From an uncultured Gemmatimonadaceae bacterium (GTDB lineage: Bacteria > Gemmatimonadota > Gemmatimonadetes > Gemmatimonadales > Gemmatimonadaceae), in contig CAVUDW010000003.1 in assembly GCA_963740355.1 (NCBI GenBank), positions 256,001-320,000 of the forward strand: a stretch of 64,000 nt of DNA, read 5' to 3'. The notes beneath the pieces are model-generated. The model was not told the DNA's origin. It was given only the letters and a program-made list of their open reading frames with translations, and did not search any database. The position numbers and the translations under genes are program-made. Shown here one piece after another: positions 20,363 through 33,126 of this stretch (position 1 is the first letter of the stretch; each line of letters begins with the position of its first letter).

Positions 20363-21044
20363 ATGAAGACCATCCTCCCGCATCGTGCGATCGTTGCTGC
20401 GCTGGCCATCGCCAGCGCCATTCCATGCTCAGTGCTTTCAGCGCAAGCCGCTGCACCGCCCCGGGCGCGGCCGGCGGGATGGACGGTGCGTCCGGACGGC
20501 GGTGGCATGGATCACGGTGATGCCACGCGTGTCGACCTGCTCGAGATGAAGCCCGGCTTTCACGTCACGACTGGGTCCGGCAGCGATCCTGTTCGACAGC
20601 ACACAGCGTGCGAGCGGTGACTGGCGCATCGAGGCCACGATCCATCTCTTCAATCCGGGCGCGCGCGCGGAAGGCTTCGGGGTGTTCTTCGGCGGCCGTG
20701 ACCTCAATGGTGCCACCCCGCATTACAGCTATGCGCTGGTGCGACGTGATGGCAAGGCGATGCTCAAGGTGCGCGACGGTGCATCGACGCGCACCGTGCG
20801 CGATTGGGCCGCTAACGGTGCCATCCCGGTGTGGAAGGACGCTGCAGCCGCCGGCGCCAGCGTGCGCTATCCGCTGGTTGTGGAAGCGCGCGGTGATCGG
20901 GTCTCGATGTGGATTGGTGCCACGCAGATCCTCGACGCTGCTCGCACCGAGCTACCCACCGATGGCATCGTGGGGCTGCGCGTGAATCACTCGCTCAACC
21001 TGCACGTGGAGAGCCTTCGGGTCGCCGCGCTCCCGAAGCGATAG
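20363..21044 (+). CDS. secreted beta-sandwich protein (DUF1080/ConA-like), +1 frameshift near 20573-20575
   Basis: Signal peptide; removing one G joins FHVTTG-PAAILFD to ORF 20682..21044 (GVFFGGRDL...DGIVGLRVNHSLNLHV). Confidence 0.6.
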
Positions 21045-21063
21045 TCCGAGGCGCTCTCGGCCC

Positions 21064-22618
21064 TCAATCGCTCGAAGCGGCCAATGAGGCATTCACCGGA
21101 AAGTGCAGCGGCAGGCTGACGACGAACTGGCTTCCGGTTCCGATGCCCTCGCTTCGCGCCTCGACGGTGCCGCCATGCGCCAGCACCAACTCGTGCACCA
21201 CATTCAGCCCGATACCCAGGCCGACACCGTTGAAGCCCACGGCCTGATGGTCCTGGAAGAACAGGTCGAAGACGCCATGCAGCGCGAGCGGGAGCGATTC
21301 CGATCCCAGAGTCGGTCACGGAGATGACGGCGTGCGTCGGCGTGGTAGAAAGCTCGAGGCTGAGATCGCCGCCGTCAGGCGTGTACTTCGATGCGTTGTC
21401 GAGCAGGTTGGTCACGACCTGCACCAGCCGCACGCTGTCTCCCTCGATCACGATCGGTAACGTCGGCAACGTGAGCGAGAACTTCTGCAAGCGCAGGTCC
21501 ATTGCAGGGCGGCAGGCGTCGACCGCGAAGGCGATGACACTACCGAGTTGGACGGCTTCGCGCTCGAGGCGCAGCTTGCCGGTGTGCGCACGCGAAACAT
21601 CCAGCAAATCGTCGATCAGCCGCGCCATGTGGACTACCTGGCGTTCGATGATGCCCTGCAGGCGCGGCAGGATGGAGTCGTTGGAACCAACGCGTTCCAG
21701 CAGCGCAGAAACATTCCGCATCGGAGCGAGCGGACTGCGGAGCTCGTGTGCCAGCATGGCCATGAATTCCGTCTGTCGACGTTGTGCGTCCTCCACGATG
21801 GCCTGCGTGTCGCGTGCCCGTAGGACGGTGAGCACCAGTTCCTGGTTCGCTTCGCGCAGTTCATCGTTGCGCCGCTGCTGTTCCGCAATCACCTCGTCGT
21901 AGCGGATGACTGGCCGCTGCAGGACGGCCACGGTGTCGGGGGCCAGCACCAGTTCGCCGGCCACCTCGTCGCCGTGAAACGCATACGTGCCCACTCCCCT
22001 GTGTCGGGCGCGGTACATGGCGGCATCCGCCTGCGCAATCAGCACGTCGATCTCGGATCCGTCATCGGGGAAGATGCTGATGCCGATGCTGGCGCCCAGG
22101 CGAACGACGTGCTCGTTGATCAGGAATGGTGCACCGAGCGTCAGGCCGATCTGCTCGCCGATGCGGGCCAGCCCGGCGCGTTCACTGACGTCGGTGATGA
22201 GGAGCACGAACTCGTCCCCTCCATACCGGCAAACGGTATCCGCAGCGCGTACCGAGGCCGTCAGGCACTCGGCTGCACGGTGCAACGCCGCATCGCCAAT
22301 CGTGTGACCAAGCGTATCGTTGATCTGCTTGAAGTTGTTGAGATCGACGAACATCACTGCCAGCCGCGAATTGTGACGGCGGGCGGCTGCAGCGGCCTGC
22401 GTGAAGCGATCCCGCATCAGCGTCCGGTTCGGGAGCGACGTGAGTGCGTCGAGATCGGCCAGACGCGCGACATCCTGCAGCTTGCGTGCCGAGGCTTCAC
22501 TGTCGAGCTGCGCCCGGACCGCCGCCAGCACCAACTGCTCGTTGACGTCACGCATCTTCGCGAACATCCGGGACATCCGGCTGTTCGCCTCGTCATGGCC
22601 TTCCGGCGTCGCCTTCAT
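21064..22618 (-). CDS. diguanylate cyclase (GGDEF) - histidine kinase fusion, +1 frameshift near 21290-21292
   Basis: DALTSLPNR, FVDLNNFKQINDTLGH, RAAD I-site, YGGDEF; H-box AHELRSPL, N-box NLLDNASKYT, G1 DSGIGI; after the shift FDLFFQ, G2 GLGIGL, HGGTVEARSEGIGTGSQFVVSLP, stop at 21064. Confidence 0.88.
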
Positions 22619-22651
22619 GACGGCACGACGGGAGTTACCTGTTCGGCACGG

Positions 22652-24139
22652 TCATCCACTGGCCGGGCCGGAAACGTCGCGTGCCGGAGCGGTGCCTGGC
22701 TTCCGGGTAGGACGCCCACCGAGCAGGCCTTCCTGATCCGGGAGCATCTGGCCGATCACGATGCCTGAGTCATCGATCGTGAACTCGCGCAATTCATCGG
22801 AGTGCCGGCTGCCCCGCACCTTGACCACCGCCATGACGCGTCGCAGTCGGCTATCGACCTCGATGTAGCGTTGCACGATGATCGCATCGGTCATGAAGGC
22901 CGTGCCGTACGGACTGAATCGCAGGTCCGAGTACCGATCCTCGAGCTCGGACGTCAGCAGCACCGTCACGCCCTCGGCTGCGAGGGCCGCCACGAGGCGC
23001 GAGAGCGACTCGCGGAAGTCATCGCGGAATGTCGGCGCCAACGCCAGCTCGAATCCGGAGAGCGAATCGATCACGACGCGCTTCGCACCCAGCCGTCGAA
23101 TCTCCTCGATCAGCCGCAGCAGGATCTCATCGATCGACAGGTCGCGGGCGCCGGAGTCCACGACCGCCACGCGTCCGGCGGCCACCAGCTCGGCCAGCGC
23201 GTGATTGCTGCTCTGCCTCGGGTGCTGCTCGAAGATGGCGACGACGCCATTCTCGCCTCGCCGCGCCCCTTCGTTGAGGAATGCCGTCGCGAGAATGCTC
23301 TTTCCGGAGCCCGACGGCCCTGCGACCAGCAGAGAGAAACCCTGCGGCAGTCCGCCGCCGAGCATCTCATCCAGTTGTGGCACACCCATCGCAACGCGGA
23401 TGTCAGCAGCATCCGCCGCGCCGGTACTCGGCCTGGCGTATCCTGCTGACGCGAAGATCGTGATGCCCGTCTCCGTGATCCGGAACGTGTGCAGCCCGGG
23501 CAGCGTGGCCTGCCCACGCATCTTCATGATCTCGAGCTTGCGGACCATCGAGTTGCGCTCGACGCTCTGGCGCATCCAGATGATGCCATCAGCGACGGTG
23601 AACACCGGGTTCGAATCCGTCTCGCTGAAGTATTCGCCGATCAGGAAGGTCGTCGCCTGCCAGCTGGTCATCTGCACGCCCAGCTGCTGCACGAAGCCCT
23701 GCAACTTGGTGAGCGGGTTCCCCTCTGCTTCGCCCGCCATGATCACGGAGCGAAACGAATCGACGAACACCAATCCCGGCCCCGCCGCCTGCACCTCGGA
23801 CACGATGCGCTGCAGGACGCGATCGAGGTCGCCACCGATCGCATCTTCCGACAGGTTGATGAACCGGATCGACTTGTTGATTGCGTCGTTGTCGAAGAAG
23901 GCGAACTGCTGCTGGTAGCGCAGCATCTTCAGCGCCGGCTCGCCGAGCACCGTGAAGTAGAGCGCAGGGCGGTCCGGGGACGCGAGCGCGAACATGATCT
24001 GGTGCGCGAGCGTCGTCTTGCCGGACCCTGGTGGGCCGGCGATCAGGTTGAACGAGAACTCGGGCAATCCTCCGCCGAGCACTGTATCAAAACCCGGCAC
24101 CCCGGTGACGAGACGGGTGATCGTGGCTCGGGTTGTCAT
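22652..24139 (-). CDS. KaiC-like double RecA-domain ATPase
   Basis: TGVPGFDTVLGGGLP + Walker A GPPGSGKT; GVPQLDEMLGGGLP + GPSGSGKS; VDSF/IDSL Walker B; KMRG and KVRG motifs. Confidence 0.92.
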   Translation of the reverse strand: MTTRATITRLVTGVPGFDTVLGGGLPEFSFNLIAGPPGSGKTTLAHQIMFALASPDRPALYFTVLGEPALKMLRYQQQFAFFDNDAINKSIRFINLSEDAIGGDLDRVLQRIVSEVQAAGPGLVFVDSFRSVIMAGEAEGNPLTKLQGFVQQLGVQMTSWQATTFLIGEYFSETDSNPVFTVADGIIWMRQSVERNSMVRKLEIMKMRGQATLPGLHTFRITETGITIFASAGYARPSTGAADAADIRVAMGVPQLDEMLGGGLPQGFSLLVAGPSGSGKSILATAFLNEGARRGENGVVAIFEQHPRQSSNHALAELVAAGRVAVVDSGARDLSIDEILLRLIEEIRRLGAKRVVIDSLSGFELALAPTFRDDFRESLSRLVAALAAEGVTVLLTSELEDRYSDLRFSPYGTAFMTDAIIVQRYIEVDSRLRRVMAVVKVRGSRHSDELREFTIDDSGIVIGQMLPDQEGLLGGRPTRKPGTAPARDVSGPASG

Positions 24140-24564
24140 GCGTTCGTGTCCTGTGCGGCAGGGCCGCGCTGTGGGATATCCCAGACGTTGCGCAGCAGTC
24201 GCGCAGTCAGGCCGGCTCCAACCATGCTGGTCAGCAGTCCGTCGAAGACCTCGAGCAGGGTGTGCCCGCCCGCGAGTGCCTCATCGGCCACCTGCGCGGC
24301 GACGGTGGCGCGCAGTGCTGACAGATTCATCGCGGTTTGCACACCGTCCGGGCCACCGCCGAGCCACGGGTGCGTCTTGCTGGCCAGAAAGAGGCTGCGA
24401 CCATGGAGGGCGGCAATGCCGCGAGTCCCAATGATCGGAGTCAGCTCGCGCTCGATTTCCGTCCAGATGGCGACGACGGTATCGGCCACCTGCGTGGAGC
24501 CTGCGCCGGTATCGGCGCGGCGGACAAAGGCCATCGCTATCTGACAACCCTGATGGCTATCCAT
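24136..24564 (-). CDS. small alpha-helical protein translationally coupled to the KaiC-like ATPase
   Basis: 142 aa; LTPIIGTRGIAALHGRSL and LTSMVGAGLTARLL; ATGA overlap with ATPase start. Confidence 0.7.
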   Translation of the reverse strand: MDSHQGCQIAMAFVRRADTGAGSTQVADTVVAIWTEIERELTPIIGTRGIAALHGRSLFLASKTHPWLGGGPDGVQTAMNLSALRATVAAQVADEALAGGHTLLEVFDGLLTSMVGAGLTARLLRNVWDIPQRGPAAQDTNA

Positions 24565-24751
24565 TGTCTCGCAAAGCGAAAGCGTGCCGCGGAACGATCC
24601 AGATGATCAGCCTCCGTGTCGAGCACGCATTTCCAATGTATCACGCGGCGCCACTCTGATGTGGTGCGCGGAGAAGTGTGAATTCCTGCATTGGCGGCCA
24701 CTCATCTGGGCCTTGGGCCTCCCAGATGAGCTCGCCAGCCACCGCCCGCTC

Positions 24752-24973
24752 CTAGCCTTCTGAGCTTCGCCCACCAGACCGCTCACAGCCGAACAGGCGG
24801 CCGGCGCCAAGCATTCGCTCCAAGGGGCAGAACCCCGTGAGGCTCGACTGCAACAAGTTGAAGCCGACGAACGCCGTGAAGAGATACCAGCCGGCATTCA
24901 CCCAGTAGCCAAGGGCCACTGAGACGAGGATGAACACGCCGGCAAACCGGCGGATGACGAGATCGGGACACAT
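24752..24973 (-). CDS. DUF2892/YgaP-family membrane protein
   Basis: IRRFAG, two TM helices, FVGFNLLQSSLTGFCPL motif. Confidence 0.85.
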   Translation of the reverse strand: MCPDLVIRRFAGVFILVSVALGYWVNAGWYLFTAFVGFNLLQSSLTGFCPLERMLGAGRLFGCERSGGRSSEG

Positions 24974-24980
24974 ATGAACC

Positions 24981-28141
<3,161 letters not shown>

Positions 28142-28145
<4 letters not shown>

Positions 28146-29212
28146 GCGCCCGGCGCAGCCGACGCTGCGGCTGCAGGAATGACGATCGACTCACCAGCAC
28201 GAACCCCACTCGTGACTTCGATCAAGGCGCCGCGCGTCGCACCGAGTCGGATCCAGCGACGCTCGTCGCGCTCTGCACCGCGCACGATCACGCCCGTGAG
28301 ATCGCCATCGCGAACGATGGCTGCCATCGGCACGAGCACTGCGTGGCCTTCGCCGAGTGGCAGTGACAACGTCGCAGCGCTGCCGGCGCGAAAGAGGCGC
28401 TCGCGATTGGGGACCGTGGCGTTGATCGTGAACAAGTTGCCAGAGCCGCTGGGAACGACACCTTCGACGATCGCGGTGGTCGCCACGCCATCGATGTGCG
28501 CCTCGAGCCGCTGCCCGCGTCGGATCGAACGCACGGCGTCGCCAGCAGCACTGACGACGATTCGCAGCGTAGAGACATCCTGCACGATCAGCAGTGGAGC
28601 GCCGGGCGCGGCGAAGCTACCCGGATCGGCCATCCGCGCAGTCACGATGCCTGCAAAGGGGGCACGCACGGTCGCGTAACTGCTGATTGCCGCAACTTCT
28701 CCGGCCGCGGCGCGTGCGGCGCGTACCCCAGCATCCGCGCGCGCGAGTCCGGTTTGTGCGGCGTCGAACTGCGCACGAGTTGCGGCGCTATCGGCGTACA
28801 ACGCCCGCATGCGCGAGGCTTGCGTTGCGGCCTCGGCCTGCATCGCTTCTGCATCCGTGATCGAGGCGGCGACCTGCGAGGCCTTGGCCGAGAGATCTCG
28901 TGCGTCGATCTGCAGCAGCACCTGTCCCTGCCGGACGACATCGCCCTCGTGCACTGCTACCGCCGTCACGGTGCCCATCAGCTTCGTGCTGATGGTGGCC
29001 TGCATCTGTGGCTCCGCGACCCCGGATGCTTCCAGCGTGCTCGCGATGACCGTATCGGCGAGCCGCAGCACCTGTCCAGGCGAACGCGCCGCCATGGCCG
29101 CTGGCGCGGCGTTCGTCTGCTCGGCACTGCCGCTGCACGCCGCCAGCGTCACTGCAGTGATCATCGCAACGGCGCCGCGTGTCATGGCATGGCGCATGGC
29201 TTGGGAATTCAT
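28142..29212 (-). CDS. RND periplasmic adaptor subunit (lipoprotein)
   Basis: Lipobox LAAC, VHEGDVVRQGQVLLQID, VRAPFAGIV, IEVTSGVRAGE. Confidence 0.9.
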
Positions 29213-29287
29213 ATCGATCAGTCCTGTCGTCGAGAGACGCAAATCAGCAGAAGAAGCGGAGGCGATGAAGGGAGGCATGAGTCAGCG

Positions 29288-30727
29288 CTACTGGTCGAGG
29301 GTGCGCAGTTCGGACGGGTCAGCACCAATGGCCTGACGGTGCGCCACGAGCGCGTCGATCAGCGCATATCGGGCGGAGAGCTGCGCCAGCGCCTTGCCTG
29401 TGGCTGCGGATTCCGCGCCGAGCAATTCCGCGATTGTCGCAAGGCCGCCAGCATACCGCTTCTGCACCAGCCGGTAGGCTTCGCCGCTCTGCGCGGCCGC
29501 CAACGTGGCGAGATCGAGCCGTTGCAACGCCAGCGCCACTGCGCGTCGCGTCGTTGCGCCTTCGAGGACGCTCTGCGCGGCCAGCGCGTCGTGCCCTGCG
29601 CTTGCAGCACGTGTCCGGGCCGCCGCAGCATCGATGTCGGCCCGCTCACTTCCGCCGCCAAACACCGACCAGCTGGCCATCACGCCGAGGGTCCAGTTCG
29701 GGCGCCCGCCGAAGAGGGTCGTCGGGGCAAACCAGTCGTACCGGCCAAAGCTGTTGACGCGTGGCAGCATGGTGCTGACGGCACGCGACCGATCAGCGAC
29801 GGAAGCAGTCAGGCCATCACGTGCGGCACGCACATCGGCCCGGATCGCCGCCGGTCCGGCACCGGCGCGCTGCGCACTCGTGTCGAGGGCAGCAATCGTT
29901 CGGAGGAGATCGTCTGGCGGCAGCGAGTCGGTCACGACCGGCACGCTGCCCTGCGAGCGACCCAGCAGCAGTGCGAGTTGCTCACGGGCCGACTGCGCCT
30001 CGTTGTTCGCGGCCAGGAGTTGGGACGCGACGTCGAGTGCTCGCACATTCGCCTGCAATGCGTCGGCCTTGGTGACCAGCCCCTGTTGCACCATCGCCTG
30101 CACCTGGCGCACCGCCGCGTCGGCGGCACGCTGCGCCTCGGTCAGCATGTGCACTTGCGCGCCGGCGAGGACGGAGCCGTACCAGGCACGGATGACGGAG
30201 GCGCGAACCCCGATGGCCGTCCACTCCCCGCTCGCGGCGCTGGAGGCAGCCGCTGCCTGTGCCGCTCGACGACCGGCCCAGGCATCGGCGTTGATGATCG
30301 GAAGTTCGACCACCACGCCACCCTGCACGTTGGTGATCGGGCGCGGATCGTTGAGGCGTGACGGGTCGAACGCGGCGGGCGTGACCAGTCGCTGCCGGAG
30401 CAGCGTCCCGAAGGCGCCGATGGGATCGGTCGTGCGCACCGCGCCGGCTTCGACGCGAACGGACGGCAGCACGCCCTTCAGCGGCAGTCCGGCGCGGGCA
30501 CGCGCCTCTCCGGCCGTCGCCGCCGCCACGCGGTTGGTGAACGCATGGCGATCGGCTTCCTGTAGCGCGGCGGCCAGCGACAACGTGGGCGCGGGTGCCG
30601 GTCCCGCCGCGGCCTGTGCATGCAACGTGGTGGGGAGGGCGCCGGTGGCAGTGCCGGCTGCGAGGACGACGGTCCAGACCGCGGACCGTCGCCTCGCCCA
30701 CCCACCCAGAAATGATTCTGTAGTCAT
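29288..30727 (-). CDS. TolC family outer membrane protein
   Basis: Signal peptide, LSLAAAL, GLVTKADALQA, RYAGGLATIAELLGAE. Confidence 0.9.
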   Translation of the reverse strand: MTTESFLGGWARRRSAVWTVVLAAGTATGALPTTLHAQAAAGPAPAPTLSLAAALQEADRHAFTNRVAAATAGEARARAGLPLKGVLPSVRVEAGAVRTTDPIGAFGTLLRQRLVTPAAFDPSRLNDPRPITNVQGGVVVELPIINADAWAGRRAAQAAAASSAASGEWTAIGVRASVIRAWYGSVLAGAQVHMLTEAQRAADAAVRQVQAMVQQGLVTKADALQANVRALDVASQLLAANNEAQSAREQLALLLGRSQGSVPVVTDSLPPDDLLRTIAALDTSAQRAGAGPAAIRADVRAARDGLTASVADRSRAVSTMLPRVNSFGRYDWFAPTTLFGGRPNWTLGVMASWSVFGGGSERADIDAAAARTRAASAGHDALAAQSVLEGATTRRAVALALQRLDLATLAAAQSGEAYRLVQKRYAGGLATIAELLGAESAATGKALAQLSARYALIDALVAHRQAIGADPSELRTLDQ

Positions 30728-30808
30728 ATCGGTATATAACTATGCGGTAGACTAAGGTGCGTCAAGCACCTGCTGTCGATGAGGTGCTTCGAGCCTCGCT
30801 TGGGCAGT

Positions 30809-31015
30809 TCAGCTGGGGCGTACCGGGCAGGTCCGGAAGCCGAACAGCGAGTACACGGGACAGCTTCCGAGCGCGCCGGTCACCAGTGGGATGATGCCGA
30901 GGTAGGCCCACGGGGAGCGAAAGCCAATGAAGGCCTGTGAGAGGATGCCGAGGCCGAGCGCGATCCGCAGTGCGCGATCGATCGAGCCTTCGTTCTTCTC
31001 CAGAAGAGCGGACAT
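30809..31015 (-). CDS. DUF2892 family membrane protein
   Basis: KNEGSIDRALRIALG...IPLVTGALGSCPVYSLFGFRTC. Confidence 0.88.
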   Translation of the reverse strand: MSALLEKNEGSIDRALRIALGLGILSQAFIGFRSPWAYLGIIPLVTGALGSCPVYSLFGFRTCPVRPS

Positions 31016-31142
31016 GGTGACGTGAGCGAAAGGTGGAGTCGTCCTGGTGCAGAAATCCGCACCTGGCACTGAGGTTCAGCGCCACCCCGTCACAGAACGC
31101 CATCGGCGCGCGGTCCGCAGTCCTCGTTTGCCTGACAGCCCG

Positions 31143-32102
31143 TCAGCCCTTCGTGCCGACTGCTCCACTCTCGCCGGCGTCGGCGCCGGGTGGTACGAGC
31201 ACGTCGAGGGATTGCGGGCGAATCTGGTATCGCAGCGGCAGTGCCATCGCGACCACCTCACCGTCGACCGCCACCACGACCTTCGAGGGGTTTCCCGCAC
31301 CAGCGAGCTCCACGTCCGCCTCCGATGCGAGCGCCATCGCGAGGGCGCCTGATTCGTGGGCCGTCCCTGCGAGAATGCGCCAGATCAGGCGAAGCAGTTG
31401 CCACTGACCTTCCGCCCGCACCACATACAGGCCGAGCTGCCCTTCGCGCAGTGAATCGCGGGACGAGGCGTCGAAGCCGGCCATGCGGTATTCGTTGTTG
31501 CCGATGAAGATCAGCGGCGACATGCGAACGACCTTCTGCCCATCCACCGTCAGCGCCAGGCGCAGTGGTCGCGCCGTGCGGGTCACGCGCGCCGTGGCCC
31601 ACGCTGCCACCAGCCACTTCTCGATCCCGCGAGCCTTGTAGCGCTCCCGCAACTGGACGATGCGGGGATAGATGCCCACGCTCGAATTATTGAGGAAGAG
31701 GCGGCCGTTGACCTCTCCCACGTCGATGCGCGTGGTGTGTCCGGCCACCAGCACCGCGGCCGCCTCCTCGATCGGCAGCGGAATGCCGAGGTCGCGGGCG
31801 AAATGATTCAGCGTGCCGAGCGGGAGTACACCGAGTCGAATGCCCCGACCGTGAATCGCATTCGCAACGCTATTGACCGTCCCGTCGCCGCCCCCCGCCA
31901 CCACCGTGTCGACATCGCGCGAAATCGCATCAGCCAGCGCGCGGTCGACCTCCTCCCCGGACACCGCCAGCGTGATCTTCGCGTCGATCCCAGCGCGCTC
32001 GAACAGTGGGGCGAGGACATCGCGAGCAGACTCTGCCGCACCGCCGCCGGAACCGGCGTTGAGGATGACGGCGAAGCGTCGCGTGGTCTCTGGCATCGCC
32101 AA
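31143..32102 (-). CDS. diacylglycerol/lipid kinase family protein (YegS/BmrU-like)
   Basis: ILNAGSG, AGGGDGTVNSV, LPLGTLNHFARDLG, IDVGEVNGRLFLNN, VDGE. Confidence 0.92.
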   Translation of the reverse strand: MAMPETTRRFAVILNAGSGGGAAESARDVLAPLFERAGIDAKITLAVSGEEVDRALADAISRDVDTVVAGGGDGTVNSVANAIHGRGIRLGVLPLGTLNHFARDLGIPLPIEEAAAVLVAGHTTRIDVGEVNGRLFLNNSSVGIYPRIVQLRERYKARGIEKWLVAAWATARVTRTARPLRLALTVDGQKVVRMSPLIFIGNNEYRMAGFDASSRDSLREGQLGLYVVRAEGQWQLLRLIWRILAGTAHESGALAMALASEADVELAGAGNPSKVVVAVDGEVVAMALPLRYQIRPQSLDVLVPPGADAGESGAVGTKG

Positions 32103-32291
32103 CCATGCCCTGATCGGTGCCCAAGCGATAGTCGCAACGCGTGAAATGTCAGCTATCGTGACTTCACGTCGCCAAACATTAGTGTGGCGGACATGGTGTT
32201 GCGTCCGAGACTAGCCCAATATGCAGCATCGCCGCCTCGACTCGTGGCGGCCACCGTCACGTCATTCATTCCGCAACGTCATCTCTCAGTC

Positions 32292-33101
32292 ATGACATCC
32301 ACCGTCATGCAGGATCGGCTGGGAGCGACCATCACTGGCAACGGTGATCGGACGATCGTGTTCGGCAATGGGCTTGGCACCAGCCAGAAGACGTGGCGCT
32401 ACGTGGTCGAGGCATTCGAGACCCGCGCACGCATGATTCGTTTCGACAATGTCTGCTCGCCCGCAGCACCGACGGGCGGATATCGCGCCGAGGCGTATGG
32501 CTCGATCTACGGATACGTCGACGACCTGGTGGCGCTCCTCGATGAGTTCGAGGTACGGGATGCTCTCTTCGTCGGGCACTCCATCTCCGGCATGATCGGG
32601 ATGCTGGCGGCGATTGCGGCGCCGGAGCGCATCGGTCGCCTGATGATGATCAACTCGACGCCGCGGTTTCTCGAGGACATCGACTTCCAGACGGGCTTCC
32701 CACGCCACGTCATCGACGCCCTGCTCAGCTCAGCGCAGCAGGACTTCCCCGTCTGGGCCACCGGTTTCGCATCAACGGCCATCGGCGCCGGCGCGAGCGA
32801 GGCACACCGGCGCGAGTTCACCGAAGGGCTCTCCTCGATCAGGCCGGATGTGGCGCTGCGCGTTTTCCAGACGGTGTTTCTCGGCGATTTCCGAGTGATG
32901 CTGCCGCGGGTGCAGCAGCCGGTCACCGTCCTGCACGCCCCGCTCGACCTCTCCGTGCCTGCAACCTCGGGCGAGTTCCTCGTGCAGCAGTTGCCGCACG
33001 CCAACCTGGTCCCTCTCGTCACCTCGGGCCACGTTCCGCAGTTGACGGCACCGCAGGAAGTCATCGGCGCGGTCTCGCGCGTACTCGACGAGTGGACGTG
33101 A
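32292..33101 (+). CDS. RsbQ/KAI2-like alpha/beta hydrolase
   Basis: GNGLGTSQKTW, nucleophile GHSISGMIG, STPRF, Asp in DLSVP, His in SGHVPQLTAP. Confidence 0.85.
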   Translation: MTSTVMQDRLGATITGNGDRTIVFGNGLGTSQKTWRYVVEAFETRARMIRFDNVCSPAAPTGGYRAEAYGSIYGYVDDLVALLDEFEVRDALFVGHSISGMIGMLAAIAAPERIGRLMMINSTPRFLEDIDFQTGFPRHVIDALLSSAQQDFPVWATGFASTAIGAGASEAHRREFTEGLSSIRPDVALRVFQTVFLGDFRVMLPRVQQPVTVLHAPLDLSVPATSGEFLVQQLPHANLVPLVTSGHVPQLTAPQEVIGAVSRVLDEWT

Positions 33102-33126
33102 CGACGGGCCGGCAACGGGGCTCGCG

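Noticed and set aside
22652..24139. Circadian clock kaiC
   Set aside because: No kaiA/kaiB nearby and the canonical phosphosite pair is not recognisable; called KaiC-like only
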